64,000 nucleotides of DNA, taken from positions 22,047 through 86,046 of the forward strand of contig JBFXGX010000005.1 of the NCBI GenBank assembly GCA_050177605.1. Direction: 5' to 3'. Of this stretch, positions 63,608 through 64,000 are shown piece by piece. The DNA is from Candidatus Izemoplasmatales bacterium (GTDB taxonomy: Bacteria > Bacillota_I > Bacilli_A > Izemoplasmatales > Hujiaoplasmataceae). The position numbers and the translations under genes are program-made. Position 1 is the stretch's first letter; each line of letters starts with the position of its first letter. The notes under the pieces were generated by a model. That model made no database searches and was not told the origin of the DNA. It worked only from the letters and a program-made list of their open reading frames with translations.

Positions 63608-64000
63608 ATGGAAAACAAACTGACACTACCTTTATCTAAAAACAAAAGTGCGCACAACAAAATCGTGGATCAAACCGTTAAGTCTTTCCTCCTTATTCCA
63701 ACGATTTTGAGTGCGTCATTTGTCATATTAATCCTCTTTTTCATCGCAAAAAGAGGAATCTCACCCTTTATCGCAAGTGACACGCTTGAAACACCGGTAA
63801 ATTTGTGGCGTTTTATCTCTGGAACAACGTGGTTTCAACCTCCGATAACGTATGGAATATTCTTTGTTGTGATCAATACGTTATATATTGTTATACTTGC
63901 AGGACTGATTGCGGTTCCGATTAGCATTGTGACAGCACTATTTATTGCCAAGATGACACCCAAACCAATTTCAAATTTTTTTCAAACAATTATTGAATTG
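63608..64000 (+). CDS. pstC: Phosphate ABC transporter permease PstC (truncated by window end)
   Basis: Manual translation MENKLTLPL...FISGTTW...YGIFFVVINTL...IAVPISIVTALFIA...IIEL; SD AAGGAG. Confidence 0.88.
   Translation, partial: MENKLTLPLSKNKSAHNKIVDQTVKSFLLIPTILSASFVILILFFIAKRGISPFIASDTLETPVNLWRFISGTTWFQPPITYGIFFVVINTLYIVILAGLIAVPISIVTALFIAKMTPKPISNFFQTIIEL

Overview
AT-rich, mostly housekeeping chromosomal window that spans the replication origin (rpmH <- oriC -> dnaA-dnaN). It uses the standard genetic code: TGA ends aroA and punA. Gene content and style suggest a free-living Mollicutes-related Bacillota such as Izemoplasmatales or Acholeplasmatales (inference, not a database result). 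The left arm is mostly on the minus strand: rnpA-yidC-jag-pth, an lgt-like gene, SDR, mfd, yaaA-recF-gyrB-gyrA-serS, rnmV-ksgA, a GH16 lipoprotein, dusB/hslO, a YfhO/GT2/GtrA glycosylation cluster, cdaA, an operon ending in ispD-ispF, and pgi. The right arm carries purA, a complete shikimate operon, folD-purB, a FIVAR-repeat surface protein, punA, pspC and a Pho-box pstS-pstC. The most striking element is a hipB-hipA toxin-antitoxin module whose intact HipA kinase reads in frame, with no stop, into the ribosome-splitting GTPase HflX (15191-17855). hflX keeps its own SD+ATG, and the whole unit sits behind a promoter with paired operator palindromes. Other oddities: an operon of a pseudo-desaturase-SCP2-membrane protein plus a degenerate PAS-GGDEF protein linked to MEP genes, an inverted origin neighbourhood, and a circularly permuted PstS. 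I saw no rRNA, tRNA, CRISPR array or transposase.
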